64,000 nt of DNA from a virus (IMGVR_UViG_3300042484_001245:28931-92930), one strand, 5' to 3'. Numbered from the stretch's first letter, positions 1-10,735 are shown. Made by a program: numbers and translations. The notes: generated by a model from the sequence alone, not told the origin.

Positions 1-2
1 CA

Positions 3-1169
3 CACAGCTCATCATTAAATCTTGATCAAACATTTTCGATTGGTGCTTGGGTTAGAGCAAATGCATTGGGCAACACAACAGACCCTTTTGGTGCGAACAT
101 CAACGCCATCGGAAATCGACAAATAATATACTCAACACGAGTTAATAACGCAGCAGGATGTTTTCAACTTGAGCTAACCGGAACTACTATATCTGTGACT
201 GGTGTAGGAACATTTGTTATCTCAGCCGGAACAATCGCAGCAAATACCTGGTACTATATCACTTATGTGAGAAACGGCTCTGGTTCAGGAACTATCTACA
301 TAAACGGTGTTGCACAAACTCCATCAACAACCACAGCATACACATTTATAGACAACACCGACACAAAACAAATTGGTGGTGGTGGATCGACTGGTACTGG
401 ACAACCATTCAACGGAAGAATTGGTGAACTGCACTTATACAAACGTGCTCTTTCTCAAACCGAGATTTTACAAAATTATAGTGCAACATCACAAAAATAT
501 TCAACTTTAGTTACAACCAATCTTGTAATGCATTTAGACGCTGGAAATGCTTCAAGCTACCCAGGCTCTGGAACAACCTGGACTGATTTAAGTGGCGCAA
601 ATAGAAATGCAACACTTCGTCCGGGCATGACATACTCCTCCAGTGAGGGTCAGGGCTCTATAGTATTTACACCAACAACATATGCAACAATTAGTGGAAC
701 AAGCTCATTTATTCATAATACCGCATATACAAAATCTGTGTGGGTGAAATTCACATCAACAGGAAATTTCAAAAATTTAATATCGTCAGCAAACAACAAT
801 GCACACGCATTTTGGGTTCCTGAAGGTTTTAATGGAGTGCTTCAGAAACTATGTACAGGACATAATGGACAATGGACTGCAACTGCCGGTGCAACAACCA
901 TTCAACCAAATGTGTGGTACAATTTTTCTATGACATTTAGCCCAACAAATGGAATGAGAGTGTATATTAATGGCGTATTGGATGGTTCAAATTCTGCTCA
1001 AACCGCAACATTTAGTCCATCCGACAGTCCTCTTTATATAGGTTCATACGGTCTATTGGATAATGGTTTTAATGGATTTATGACAACTGCGCTAATATAC
1101 ACCAGAGAGTTGTCGGCACAAGAGCTGTTGCAAAATTTTAATGCAACAAAAAGTAGACATGGTTTATAA
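3..1169 (+). CDS. LamG/concanavalin A-like repeat virion (fibre) protein, 5'-truncated by window edge
   Basis: Frame is open from base 3 (HSSSLNLDQTFSIGAWVR...). Two LamG-like modules (WYYITYV..IYING..FNGRIGELHLYKRALS; LVMHLDAGNASSYPGSGTTWTDLSG..YINGV..IYTRELS). Confidence 0.8.
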   Translation, partial: HSSSLNLDQTFSIGAWVRANALGNTTDPFGANINAIGNRQIIYSTRVNNAAGCFQLELTGTTISVTGVGTFVISAGTIAANTWYYITYVRNGSGSGTIYINGVAQTPSTTTAYTFIDNTDTKQIGGGGSTGTGQPFNGRIGELHLYKRALSQTEILQNYSATSQKYSTLVTTNLVMHLDAGNASSYPGSGTTWTDLSGANRNATLRPGMTYSSSEGQGSIVFTPTTYATISGTSSFIHNTAYTKSVWVKFTSTGNFKNLISSANNNAHAFWVPEGFNGVLQKLCTGHNGQWTATAGATTIQPNVWYNFSMTFSPTNGMRVYINGVLDGSNSAQTATFSPSDSPLYIGSYGLLDNGFNGFMTTALIYTRELSAQELLQNFNATKSRHGL

Positions 1170-1191
1170 AAATTTGCTGTAGGCACCAAAG

Positions 1192-1674
1192 ATGAAACAC
1201 CATCTGTACGACATACTTAAAGATTACACACAGTCTGTCGCAGATGGTTTTTCATTTGGTGGACTATTCAAAAGTGTTCTTTTGCTTGTAGCTGCATTTT
1301 TAGCTCCAATAGCGACTGTCATCTTTGCAGTGATGTTCTTGATCTTTGTGGATCTTATCACTGGCGTTTTAGCTTCCATAAAAGAAAAGCAAACAATTAC
1401 AAGTTCCGCTATGTCAAGAACCATAGCAAAGACATTTGTTTACTGTACAACCATAATAGTGACTTATGTGGTACATAAATACTTACTGGTAGGCTTCGAC
1501 TTTCCAGTAGAAAGTATTGTGTCTGGTTTCATAGCTCTTACAGAGATGAAATCAATTTTGGAAAACATGGACAGAATCAGCAATCATTCTGTTCTTAGAG
1601 ACTTAATACTAATATTTTCTAACGAGAGGGAGAGACGACTGCCACCGAAACCAGTCAAGAAAGACAAAAAGTAG
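1192..1674 (+). CDS. Holin-like membrane protein
   Basis: 2-3 hydrophobic segments, D-x-I-T-G and E-x-x-S-I-x-E-N motifs typical of phage holin family 4, basic C-terminus. Confidence 0.65.
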   Translation: MKHHLYDILKDYTQSVADGFSFGGLFKSVLLLVAAFLAPIATVIFAVMFLIFVDLITGVLASIKEKQTITSSAMSRTIAKTFVYCTTIIVTYVVHKYLLVGFDFPVESIVSGFIALTEMKSILENMDRISNHSVLRDLILIFSNERERRLPPKPVKKDKK

Positions 1675-1683
1675 GCGTGGCAT

Positions 1684-3552
1684 ATGGCTCTCATCACAAG
1701 CACAATACAGAATGTTGACGTTGCAAAACTGAAACATGAAATTGAAAGTGCTGGCAACTACAAAGTACAAAGCATCACAGTAACATCTACAGGTGTAGAT
1801 GTTGTTGTTTTAACGACAACTGGCGCCGACATTCCTGAAGTCGAAGCAACTACACTCAAGACCAGTGTTATCGATGCACACCAAAGTCAACAACGAAGAA
1901 GAATAATTGTCAAAGATGCTCCAGCAAATGCTGACGAAGCTGCGAATAAGCAGTTTGTCGATTCAGCATTAACTGATGCAATTGATGAGCGCATTTCTGA
2001 ACTTGTTGATGGTGCGCCAGAAGCTCTCGATACATTAAAAGAACTAGCAGAAGCTCTTGCAAATGATGCAGATTTTGCTGGAACTATTTCCACACAACTC
2101 AGTGATCTATCAGACACAACAAGTGCAATTGACATTCGAGTGCAAGCTGTTGAATCAGATGTTGTTACAATAGCATCTAGTGTCGAGCAAGAAATAACTG
2201 ATAGAATTGCTGGTGATATAACAACACTCACATCAGCAAACACATATACTGATACACAAACGGCAGCTATTGAAGCAACTCTTGCGCCAGTAGCAACAAC
2301 TGGATCATACAACGATCTTACAGACAAGCCAACATTGTCTACGGCAGCTGCAACTGGATCGTATAACGATCTTACAGACAAGCCAACTATACCTGCGAAC
2401 TTGTCTGATTTAAGTGATGTTGCAGTATCGTCTCCAGAAACAAATCAAATCTTAAAATACAACGGCACTGAATGGGTCAACGCACAGAGCTATTTTGGCA
2501 CTGGTTCATATAACGATCTTTTAGACAAGCCGAGCCTTGCTACGGTCGCAACAACAGGATCATATGATGATCTTAGTGATAAACCAACACTTGCTACTGT
2601 TGCAACAACAGGATCATACAACGACTTAACAGACGTGCCTGTGATACCATCAGCAATACCTACGGGTATGATTGCACCGTTTGCTGGTGCAGCTGCGCCG
2701 GCTGGATGGTTATTATGTGATGGTACTCCTGTGCCAAGAGAAGACTACTGGGATTTGTTTTTAGTGATTGGTGTTTCGTATGGTTCAGGAAATGGTTCAT
2801 CAACATTTAACGTGCCTGATCTTTGCAGTCGAGTGCCTATTGGCAAAGGAAAAACAGTAAACACATCACTGGGGGATAATGACAATATAGCAGAAGAAAG
2901 TAGGTCTCTACAACATTCACACAATACAACGTTTTCTGGCCACTATCATGACATGACTGGTGCTGGATCAACGCTTACAACAAATATAGGACACACACAT
3001 ACGGGCTCTTATGCGGTTTCAGGATCTGTTACCGTGAATGCATATAATCTTGCACACAGTCATGGTGGTTCAACAGGTAATGACAGCCCAGATCACACAC
3101 ACGGTGTAATTGGTAGCACAGCAACTGATGGCTCACACAATCACTTAATGCCAACGTCCAGAGGAAGTGCAACAAACAGTGTTAGTGGTAAAGTTGATAA
3201 AAATGATGGTGATACTGTTAGTAACACTGGAACAACAGACACGGGAACAAATTCAAGCACACACTCACACGCAATAAGTTTTACATCACAAGGTGCAAAC
3301 CAAAGACATACACATACATTTTCCACCAATAGTACGACTATGGCAGTGGCAGGAAACTCACTAGATCACAGCCACACAACGTCTCACAATTTAACAGTTA
3401 GTGGTCAAACATTATCCGCAACTCCAGTTTCTGCTACAGGAAGAATTGGAAAAGTTACGGGTGGACTCGATGGAAATACAGATCAAACAGTATCAAGCAC
3501 AAATACAAACGGTGTCAACTATTTAATAGTTAATTACATCATCAAAACATAA
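1684..3552 (+). CDS. Tail fibre with tail-collar domain and His-x-His needle
   Basis: GAPEALDTLKELAEAL motif, TGSYNDL repeats, collar motif IPTGMIAPFAGAAAPAGWLLCDG..FNVPDL, nine HxH motifs, C-terminal VNYIIKT. Confidence 0.85.
   Translation: MALITSTIQNVDVAKLKHEIESAGNYKVQSITVTSTGVDVVVLTTTGADIPEVEATTLKTSVIDAHQSQQRRRIIVKDAPANADEAANKQFVDSALTDAIDERISELVDGAPEALDTLKELAEALANDADFAGTISTQLSDLSDTTSAIDIRVQAVESDVVTIASSVEQEITDRIAGDITTLTSANTYTDTQTAAIEATLAPVATTGSYNDLTDKPTLSTAAATGSYNDLTDKPTIPANLSDLSDVAVSSPETNQILKYNGTEWVNAQSYFGTGSYNDLLDKPSLATVATTGSYDDLSDKPTLATVATTGSYNDLTDVPVIPSAIPTGMIAPFAGAAAPAGWLLCDGTPVPREDYWDLFLVIGVSYGSGNGSSTFNVPDLCSRVPIGKGKTVNTSLGDNDNIAEESRSLQHSHNTTFSGHYHDMTGAGSTLTTNIGHTHTGSYAVSGSVTVNAYNLAHSHGGSTGNDSPDHTHGVIGSTATDGSHNHLMPTSRGSATNSVSGKVDKNDGDTVSNTGTTDTGTNSSTHSHAISFTSQGANQRHTHTFSTNSTTMAVAGNSLDHSHTTSHNLTVSGQTLSATPVSATGRIGKVTGGLDGNTDQTVSSTNTNGVNYLIVNYIIKT
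2290..2640 (+). repeat. Five intragenic (A)TGSY(N/D)DLxD(K/V)P repeats, 54-nt period within clusters
   Basis: Visible in protein and DNA, e.g. aacgatcttacagacaagccaac twice. Confidence 0.85.
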
Positions 3553-3562
3553 GAGTAGAGAT

Positions 3563-4795
3563 ATGCCGATTACACAATCATTCATATGCAGAGAACGTGC
3601 TGTTAGAACAAGTGCAACGTCATATACGATTGCAAACATTCCTAACGCAAACACTGAGCAAATCTTTGCGAACGGTGTACTTCAGAACTTTGGTCCAGAT
3701 AACGACTACACTTTGTCTGGAAAAACAATCACATTCAACAGAAACATTGAAGCTGATGAAGTTATACTTGTCAATTATATCTTAGATGTTTTTGTCGCTC
3801 CACCTGAAGACGCAACCATAACGGGAAAAGGTCTTGAGGGAAGAAAAAATTTGATTCATTGGTGCTTACGAAAACTTGGTGCACCAGTTATTGATATTAA
3901 CGTTGATGAAGATCAAATTGAAGATCGTATTGATGAAGCTCTGTTGTATTTCAGAGACTATCACTTTGATGGTGTTGAGCGTGTATATCTTCGTCATCAA
4001 GTTACTGCATCTTCTCTCAAACTAGAAGCACCATTTACTGGTGAAATACAGAAGGGTGCAACTATTGTTGGTCAAACATCTGGCGCTGCTGGTTACGTAT
4101 ACGACAAGTATGTTGATGGCACAACAGTTCGTTTTAAGCATTTAACAACTGCAAAGTTCATCAAAGGTGAAACTGTAGCGATTGATGGCACATCAGATAC
4201 ATTTCAAATACAAAACTCTGACGTAGCTGTTACACTTGGTGATGTTGACAATCACTACATTACACTCAATCAAAAAGTATTGAGTATCACAAACATTATT
4301 CCACAAGAGTCATCGTCTATTGGTGGCAATCTTGGTGGTATGTTTGACTTTCAATACCAGTTTGCATTGAACAATATGTTCAATCTTGCTTCAACTGATC
4401 TTGTTACATATGACATCTATAAGCGTTACATCTCTCAATGGGAATTCATGTTCAGGGGTGCTCGTGGAATCAGATTCAACAGAAAGACTGACAGAGTTGA
4501 ACTCGACATACAAGACTGGATCGTTGATCAATGGATCGTTCTTGAGTGTTGGTCAGCACTTGAGCCATCAACGTTCACAGAGATCTATACAGACGAATTC
4601 GTTCGTGAGTATGCATACAGTCTCATCAAACAACAGTGGGGTGCAAACTTAAAGAAGTTCTCTGGTATTTCGTTACCTGGTGGTGTACTTCTCAACGGTC
4701 AACAAATTTACGATGAAGCAACAGCTGAACTTGAAAAACTTAGAGAGCGTGTTCGTAAAGAGTTTGAGTTGCCGCCTGACTTTTTGATAGGATAG
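3563..4795 (+). CDS. gp13: Neck protein gp13 with N-terminal beta-module extension
   Basis: CLRKLGAPVIDINVDEDQIEDRIDEAL..YHFDG and KQQWGANLKKFSGISLPGGVLLNG; first gene of the T4 13-23 block. Confidence 0.92.
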   Translation: MPITQSFICRERAVRTSATSYTIANIPNANTEQIFANGVLQNFGPDNDYTLSGKTITFNRNIEADEVILVNYILDVFVAPPEDATITGKGLEGRKNLIHWCLRKLGAPVIDINVDEDQIEDRIDEALLYFRDYHFDGVERVYLRHQVTASSLKLEAPFTGEIQKGATIVGQTSGAAGYVYDKYVDGTTVRFKHLTTAKFIKGETVAIDGTSDTFQIQNSDVAVTLGDVDNHYITLNQKVLSITNIIPQESSSIGGNLGGMFDFQYQFALNNMFNLASTDLVTYDIYKRYISQWEFMFRGARGIRFNRKTDRVELDIQDWIVDQWIVLECWSALEPSTFTEIYTDEFVREYAYSLIKQQWGANLKKFSGISLPGGVLLNGQQIYDEATAELEKLRERVRKEFELPPDFLIG

Positions 4796-4798
4796 TTT

Positions 4799-5656
4799 GT
4801 GGGTAGCAATAAGTATTTCAACTTATATCATCAGAAACAAGAACAGAGTCTTCTCAACGACCTTGTTGAAGAGTCTGTGCGCATTCACTCTATTCAGGGT
4901 ATTTACATACCACGAGAGTCGAGTGGTAATGTTGATCCATTGTTTCGTGAAGATGTACTGAGCAAATTCAATGACTATCACCACGTTGATTTGTACATCA
5001 AGAACGTAGAAGCATTTGAAGGAGATGGTGACATCTTCAGAAAGTTTGGTCTTGATATTAAAAACCAAATCACGTTTTCGATTTCTCGCAAAAGTTTTTC
5101 AAAGATCTTTGGTCGAGAGATGTCACGTCCACGAGAAGGAGATCTCATCTACATACCATTGAGTATTGCAGATGCACTCTATGAGATTCGTTTTGTGCGT
5201 GAAGATAGCGTCTTCTTCAGTCTCGGTGAGTTTTACCTCTACGACTTACAATGTGAGCAAGCAACGTTTGATGATGAAAACATCAAAACAGGCATTGAAG
5301 AGATTGACACAATTGGAGATGAACTATCTCAGATGTTCTTACTCAAACTTGATCCATCTTCTGGTTCAGGCACATTTGAGTATGGAGAAACTATCTACCA
5401 AGGCGAGTCTCTTGAAACAGCTACAGCTAAAGGCACGTTCATATCAGTAGAGCTAAACAACACAATCAAAATCAAAGATGTGTATCAAACTTTTAGAGCA
5501 GAAGATGGTCCAATTAAAGGCGTCAAAAGTGACACACAATTTGACCTCGATGTGAGCTTCGATACGACAGATATTGTCGAAGACTTTGGAGCAAAAAACA
5601 AAGACTTCATTGTGATTGATTTTACAGAGAACAATCCATTCTCTGAAGAGGAGTAA
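4799..5656 (+). CDS. gp14: Neck protein gp14
   Basis: EQSLLNDLVEESV, RPREGDLIYIP, C-terminal DFTENNPF; GTG start; synteny. Confidence 0.9.
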   Translation: MGSNKYFNLYHQKQEQSLLNDLVEESVRIHSIQGIYIPRESSGNVDPLFREDVLSKFNDYHHVDLYIKNVEAFEGDGDIFRKFGLDIKNQITFSISRKSFSKIFGREMSRPREGDLIYIPLSIADALYEIRFVREDSVFFSLGEFYLYDLQCEQATFDDENIKTGIEEIDTIGDELSQMFLLKLDPSSGSGTFEYGETIYQGESLETATAKGTFISVELNNTIKIKDVYQTFRAEDGPIKGVKSDTQFDLDVSFDTTDIVEDFGAKNKDFIVIDFTENNPFSEEE

Positions 5657-5658
5657 TC

Positions 5659-6492
5659 ATGTTTCATTCACCGTTCTATCACTTTACCATGCGCAAAGCA
5701 GTAGCGAGTTTTGGCTCACTGTTTGCAAACATTTTTGTTGTAAAGAGAGACAAAGATGGTAAAGAAGTTGAGCGAGTCAAAGTGCCACTTGCATACGGTC
5801 CAGCTGAACGGTACATTGTTCGTAATCAAGAAGATCCTGAACTTAGCAGAAACTATGCACTGAAGTTGCCACGAATGAGTTTTGAGATTAAGTCACTTGA
5901 GTACGACTCACAGAGAAAACTCAACACACTTCGCAAGAATATACAGCCACTGCCAGAAGATCCTACAACTGTTGTTCGACAGTATCAGGGCGTGCCGTAC
6001 AAGATGACGATAGAGCTTTCGATCATCAGCAAATTTATTGATGACTCAAATCAAATTATTGAACAGATTTTGCCATGGTTCACGCCAGCGTACACTGTGA
6101 CTATCAGAAGCATTCCTGGAATGAATTTTCTCGATGACGTAGCAATCACACTCAATTCACTCAACTTGCAAGACAACTACGAAGATGACTGGACAACTCG
6201 TCGTGATGTCATTTGGACGCTTTCATTTGACTTGAAAGTAATGTTCTACGGACCCACTAAACAGTCGCCAGTTATTCAACGTGCAATTCAAGACATCTAC
6301 GCCGCAAACGGCGACTTGAACGATCCAGAAGTATTAGCAAAACAGTCTCGTGCTATACGAAGTACGATCACGCCTAATCCAGACAATGTGAACTACAACG
6401 AAGAGTTTGGATATTCTGAAACGATAGAATCTTTTACTGATGGAATGCGACTAAATCCTATTACTGGAGAAGACGAACCCATCGAAGACTAA
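5659..6492 (+). CDS. gp15: Tail sheath stabiliser/terminator gp15
   Basis: FYH..RK...FGSLF, KVPLAYGP, LPRMSFE, QIIEQILPWFTP. Confidence 0.92.
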   Translation: MFHSPFYHFTMRKAVASFGSLFANIFVVKRDKDGKEVERVKVPLAYGPAERYIVRNQEDPELSRNYALKLPRMSFEIKSLEYDSQRKLNTLRKNIQPLPEDPTTVVRQYQGVPYKMTIELSIISKFIDDSNQIIEQILPWFTPAYTVTIRSIPGMNFLDDVAITLNSLNLQDNYEDDWTTRRDVIWTLSFDLKVMFYGPTKQSPVIQRAIQDIYAANGDLNDPEVLAKQSRAIRSTITPNPDNVNYNEEFGYSETIESFTDGMRLNPITGEDEPIED

Positions 6493-6511
6493 ATGAGTTT
6501 GTGTGTGAATT

Positions 6512-7048
6512 ATGAGTGATGAGAAAGATATTATAACAAAATACGATGTGCAACAAGAATCGTTCGTTGCAACTGAAGAAGATCTCAAGTCGCTAGTGCA
6601 GCATACAGCACCAGTCACTGAGACACAGAAAGTTCAGCATACGCCTGAGCCAACTCCTGCTGAGTTGCCTGTACAGTTTGAGAAGAAAGAGATCGTTCAA
6701 GCTCCATCAACAGAGAACGACATTCACACAGACTATCAATACATTCGCACAAATCTCTATACGATTACAGAGCGTTCAATTGATGCTCTTAACAATCTTG
6801 TACAGATAGCAGATCAGAGCCAACATCCACGTGCGTATGAAGTAGTATCACAGCTCGTCAACACAATAGCGAGCGCACAGAAAGACTTGATTGGCATTCA
6901 TGCAACTCGTGCAAAAATTGACGCTCTCAAGAATAAGGGCAAAAGTGGACCTGACGTAGTAAACAACAACTTGTTTGTTGGCAACACTGCACAGCTCGAT
7001 GAGATTATTAAGAACATGAACAAGAAACACGATGACAACGACGAGTGA
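6512..7048 (+). CDS. gp16: Terminase small subunit gp16
   Basis: DYQYIRTNL, HPRAYEV, NNNLFVGNT; immediately upstream of gp17. Confidence 0.9.
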   Translation: MSDEKDIITKYDVQQESFVATEEDLKSLVQHTAPVTETQKVQHTPEPTPAELPVQFEKKEIVQAPSTENDIHTDYQYIRTNLYTITERSIDALNNLVQIADQSQHPRAYEVVSQLVNTIASAQKDLIGIHATRAKIDALKNKGKSGPDVVNNNLFVGNTAQLDEIIKNMNKKHDDNDE

Positions 7049-8705
7049 TGACACAACACACGCAGTAGCACCTGACGGCGTTCGCAATCATAAGAACAAT
7101 CCTAACCTCAAGAGCACTGGGGTTCAGTACATCTTTACTAAAGAGCAGATTGAAGAACGCATCAAGTGTATGCAAGATCCGATTTACTTCATTGAGCGAT
7201 ACATGAAGATCGTTCACGTAGATCGTGGTCTAGTGCCGTTTGATCTGTATGACTTTCAGAAAACGCTCTTACACTCATATGTAGACAATCGTTTTACGAT
7301 AGCGAAACTTCCACGTCAGGTCGGTAAATCTACAGTAACAATCGCATACATTCTGTGGACTGTTCTCTTTGGTCCAATGCAGAACATAGCAATACTTGCG
7401 AACAAAGCAAGCACAGCTAGAGACATCTTAGCTAAACTACAGTTAGCGTATGAGCACATTCCTCTCTGGATGCAACAAGGTATCGTCTCATGGAACAAAG
7501 GTAGCATCGAACTAGAGAACGGAAGTAAAGTTATCGCAAACGCTACAGCATCAAGCGCAGCACGTGGTAGCTCATACAACGTCATCTTTCTTGACGAGTT
7601 TGCGTTCGTGCCTAAGAACATTGCAGAAGAGTTCATTACTTCTGTGTACCCTACGATCTCTTCAGGTAAGACGACGAAAGTTATCATGGTCTCGACCCCC
7701 AATGGGATGAACTTGTTCTACAAATACTGGACTGATGCTGTCAATGGGCGAAACTTATACAAACCTGTCGAAGCCCACTGGAGTGTAGTGCCTGGGCGAG
7801 ACCAAGCATGGGCTGAAGACCAGATTAAACAGTTAGGGCAAGACAAGTTCGATCAAGAGTTTGGTTGCGATTTCATTGGAAGTGCTGGAACCCTCATCTC
7901 TTCAGCGAAACTTTCAGCGATGGCATGGATACCCCCTATTGAGAGAATCGGAGACTTACACATATACGAAGCGGCAAAGCAAGATCACATCTATGTAATG
8001 TCAGTGGACACAGCGGAAGGACAGGGCTTAGACCACTCAGCGTTTATTGTTATAGACTGTACAAGTTTGCCGTACAAAGTTGTGGCACGATACTACAATA
8101 GCAAGATAACACCGATGCTGTATCCAAACGTAATTTACAACGTAGCTGCACAATACAACAATGCTCACGTACTTATCGAGACTAACTCTATCGGTGGTCA
8201 AGTTGTAGAAGTGCTACACAATGAGCTTGAGTATGAAAACGTGTTCTCGACTACAAACATGGGTCGAGGGGGTCAGAAACTTAGTGCTGGATTTAAGAAG
8301 AACTCGAAACTTGGAATCAAGACGACTTCTCAGATCAAAACAATTGGTTGTGCGAATCTCAAAGCATTATTGGAATCTGATAAGATACTCGTTCAAGACT
8401 TCGACATGATCTCAGAGCTAACATCGTTTGTAGCATCAGGAGGTACGTTCTGTGCTGAACCTGGGTGTCACGACGACTTGACGATGTGCCTTGTGTTATT
8501 CTCATGGCTCTCGGCACAACCCCTATTCAAAGAGATGACTGATACGGATGCTCGAAAGAGACTGTTTGAAGAGAAGGTCCAAAATATTGAAGAGCAGATA
8601 CTACCCTTTGGATTCATCAATGACGGCGACAACGGCACAGGGTTCTTGGATGACGACGGTACTCTATGGCACACTGTCGGAGACGATGTTTCAGACGAGT
8701 TCTAA
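7032..8705 (+). CDS. gp17: Terminase large subunit gp17
   Basis: PRQVGKST Walker A, IFLDEFAF Walker B, STPNG, nuclease motifs VDTAEG and HDDLTM. Confidence 0.97.
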   Translation: MTTTSDDTTHAVAPDGVRNHKNNPNLKSTGVQYIFTKEQIEERIKCMQDPIYFIERYMKIVHVDRGLVPFDLYDFQKTLLHSYVDNRFTIAKLPRQVGKSTVTIAYILWTVLFGPMQNIAILANKASTARDILAKLQLAYEHIPLWMQQGIVSWNKGSIELENGSKVIANATASSAARGSSYNVIFLDEFAFVPKNIAEEFITSVYPTISSGKTTKVIMVSTPNGMNLFYKYWTDAVNGRNLYKPVEAHWSVVPGRDQAWAEDQIKQLGQDKFDQEFGCDFIGSAGTLISSAKLSAMAWIPPIERIGDLHIYEAAKQDHIYVMSVDTAEGQGLDHSAFIVIDCTSLPYKVVARYYNSKITPMLYPNVIYNVAAQYNNAHVLIETNSIGGQVVEVLHNELEYENVFSTTNMGRGGQKLSAGFKKNSKLGIKTTSQIKTIGCANLKALLESDKILVQDFDMISELTSFVASGGTFCAEPGCHDDLTMCLVLFSWLSAQPLFKEMTDTDARKRLFEEKVQNIEEQILPFGFINDGDNGTGFLDDDGTLWHTVGDDVSDEF

Positions 8706-8733
8706 TCAAGATTGCTATATAGCGTTTCATTTT

Positions 8734-8741
8734 TATAAATA
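8734..8741 (+). promoter_or_regulatory. T4-type late promoter TATAAATA
   Basis: Exact gp55 consensus in the intergenic gap upstream of gp18. Confidence 0.8.
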
Positions 8742-8833
8742 ATTGATGCAATACGCTTGACTATATCAGACATACCAAAAGTGTTGGTATCATTAGTGAT
8801 ATAACATCGATTTAAGAGACAAGGAGACACAAG

Positions 8834-10732
8834 ATGGCATTTCAAGTATCACCTGGAGTATTAGTTACTGAGAAAGACCTCACAACTGTAATTCCAGCAG
8901 TATCAGTATCTATTGGTGCTTTTGCGGGATTTTTCAAGTGGGGACCCCTCAATGACATTCAACTCGTAAGCACAGAAGACCAGTTAGCAAAGCGTTTTGG
9001 CAAGCCAGATGACGACACTGCAACATCATTCTTCACAGCTGCAAACTTCTTGGCATACGGAATCAGACTTAAAGTTGTTCGTGTCGCTGATGCTGCTGCA
9101 AGAAACGCAGATTCAAACGGCGATGGTGTTCGTATCGAGAACGATGATGACTATGCAACAAAGGCTGGCTCTCTTACAGCATCTTTCGTTGCTCGTCACC
9201 CTGGAGTTCTTGGTAACTCACTTCGTGTTTCTGTTTGTACAAGTGCTGATGCGTTCAAGACAACGCTTTCTAACACATTCACAGGCACTCGTAGCACTAA
9301 GACAATCACTGTATCTGGCGATTTGACAGATCAAATCGTTGTTGGAAGCATTCTTCGTGACAGAGCTACAGGACAGCAACGTTCTGTTGTAGCAATCAGC
9401 GCAGGCTCGACCACGACAACTATCACCGTTGATCGTGCACTCGACAAGAATATCAGTGGACAACTTGAACTCAAGTGGGAGTTCGCTGATGTTTGTGGTG
9501 TTGCTCCTGCAACATCTCAGTATGCAGAGACGGTTGGTGGATCTAACGATGAATTGCACGTTGTAGTAGTAGACACTAAGGGATCTTTCAGTGGTGCTGC
9601 TGGCACAATTCTCGAAAGATTTGTTTCTGTTTCAAAAGCAAGTGATGCTAAGAAAGAAGACGCATCGACAAACTACTATGTTGACGTAATCAACAATGCA
9701 TCTGAATACATTCGTGTTGGATCTCATGTTGCTGAAGCCAGCGAGACATGGGGTACCGAAGCAGCTGATACAGATTTCACAGACATCGAAGCTGATATTC
9801 AAGCACACAACTTGCCACTTTCTGGTGGTGTAGACGGTGCAGTATCTGCTGGAAGTGATGAGCGTATTGCTGGTTACGATTTGTTCAAGAACTCTGATGC
9901 TGTTGATTTGTCGTTCGTTCTTCTTGGCGAAGCGACACCATCAACTGCTCAGTATGTAATCAACAACATCTGCGAGACTCGTAAAGATTGTGTTGCGTTC
10001 GTATCTCCTGAGTATGCTGACGTTGTTGACAATCGTGGCAACGAGACTGAATCTGTTAAGACATTCAGAGAAGCACTCAATGTGTCAAGCTCGTATGCTG
10101 TTCTCGACAGTGGATGGAAGCGTCAGTACGACAAGTACAATGACAAGATGCGTTGGATTCCACTCAATGGTGACATAGCTGGTCTCTGCGCACGTACTGA
10201 TGATATTGCAGATCCTTGGTATTCACCAGCTGGTTACAATCGTGGTGGTATTAAGAACGTTGTTAAACTTGCTTGGAGTCCAACTAAGTTTGAGCGTGAC
10301 GAGTTGTATGTAAACGGAATCAATCCAGTAATTACTGCTCCAGGGCAAGGTACTGTACTTTTCGGAGACAAGACACTTCTTGGACGTCCATCTGCGTTTG
10401 ATCGTTTGAACGTTCGTCGCTTGTTCATTGTTCTTGAGAAAGCTATTGCTTCGGCTGCTAGATTCACACTCTTCGAGTTCAACGATACGTTCACTCGTGA
10501 GCAATTCAGAAATCTTATTGAGCCATACCTCAGAACAGTTAAAGCTCGTCGTGGTATTTACGACTTCAAGGTTGTGTGCGATGAGTCGAACAATCCAGCT
10601 GAAGTTATTGACCGCAACGACTTCGTTGGGGACATCTACATCAAACCAGCTCGTTCTATTAACACAATTCAATTGAATTTTGTTGCAGTTCGTACTGGAG
10701 TAGAATTCTCAGAAATCGTTGGAAAAGCATAA
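8834..10732 (+). CDS. gp18: Tail sheath protein gp18
   Basis: MAFQVSPGV, FKWGP, PWYSPAGYNRG, FDRLNVRRLF, IYIKPARSIN. Confidence 0.97.
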   Translation: MAFQVSPGVLVTEKDLTTVIPAVSVSIGAFAGFFKWGPLNDIQLVSTEDQLAKRFGKPDDDTATSFFTAANFLAYGIRLKVVRVADAAARNADSNGDGVRIENDDDYATKAGSLTASFVARHPGVLGNSLRVSVCTSADAFKTTLSNTFTGTRSTKTITVSGDLTDQIVVGSILRDRATGQQRSVVAISAGSTTTTITVDRALDKNISGQLELKWEFADVCGVAPATSQYAETVGGSNDELHVVVVDTKGSFSGAAGTILERFVSVSKASDAKKEDASTNYYVDVINNASEYIRVGSHVAEASETWGTEAADTDFTDIEADIQAHNLPLSGGVDGAVSAGSDERIAGYDLFKNSDAVDLSFVLLGEATPSTAQYVINNICETRKDCVAFVSPEYADVVDNRGNETESVKTFREALNVSSSYAVLDSGWKRQYDKYNDKMRWIPLNGDIAGLCARTDDIADPWYSPAGYNRGGIKNVVKLAWSPTKFERDELYVNGINPVITAPGQGTVLFGDKTLLGRPSAFDRLNVRRLFIVLEKAIASAARFTLFEFNDTFTREQFRNLIEPYLRTVKARRGIYDFKVVCDESNNPAEVIDRNDFVGDIYIKPARSINTIQLNFVAVRTGVEFSEIVGKA

Positions 10733-10735
10733 ATA
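10728..10735 (+). promoter_or_regulatory. Late promoter variant CATAAATA (related xxTAAATA boxes at 11415, 13100, 16026, 17503, 46312, 50605, 52266, 53456, 54052)
   Basis: TAAATA core sits upstream of gp19, gp20, gp67-like, gp23, gp3 and several genes of the 46-56 kb cluster. Confidence 0.6.

Noticed and set aside
3-3552. Diversity-generating retroelement acting on fibre genes
   Set aside because: No reverse transcriptase and no template/variable repeat pair with adenine-specific mismatches visible in this window.
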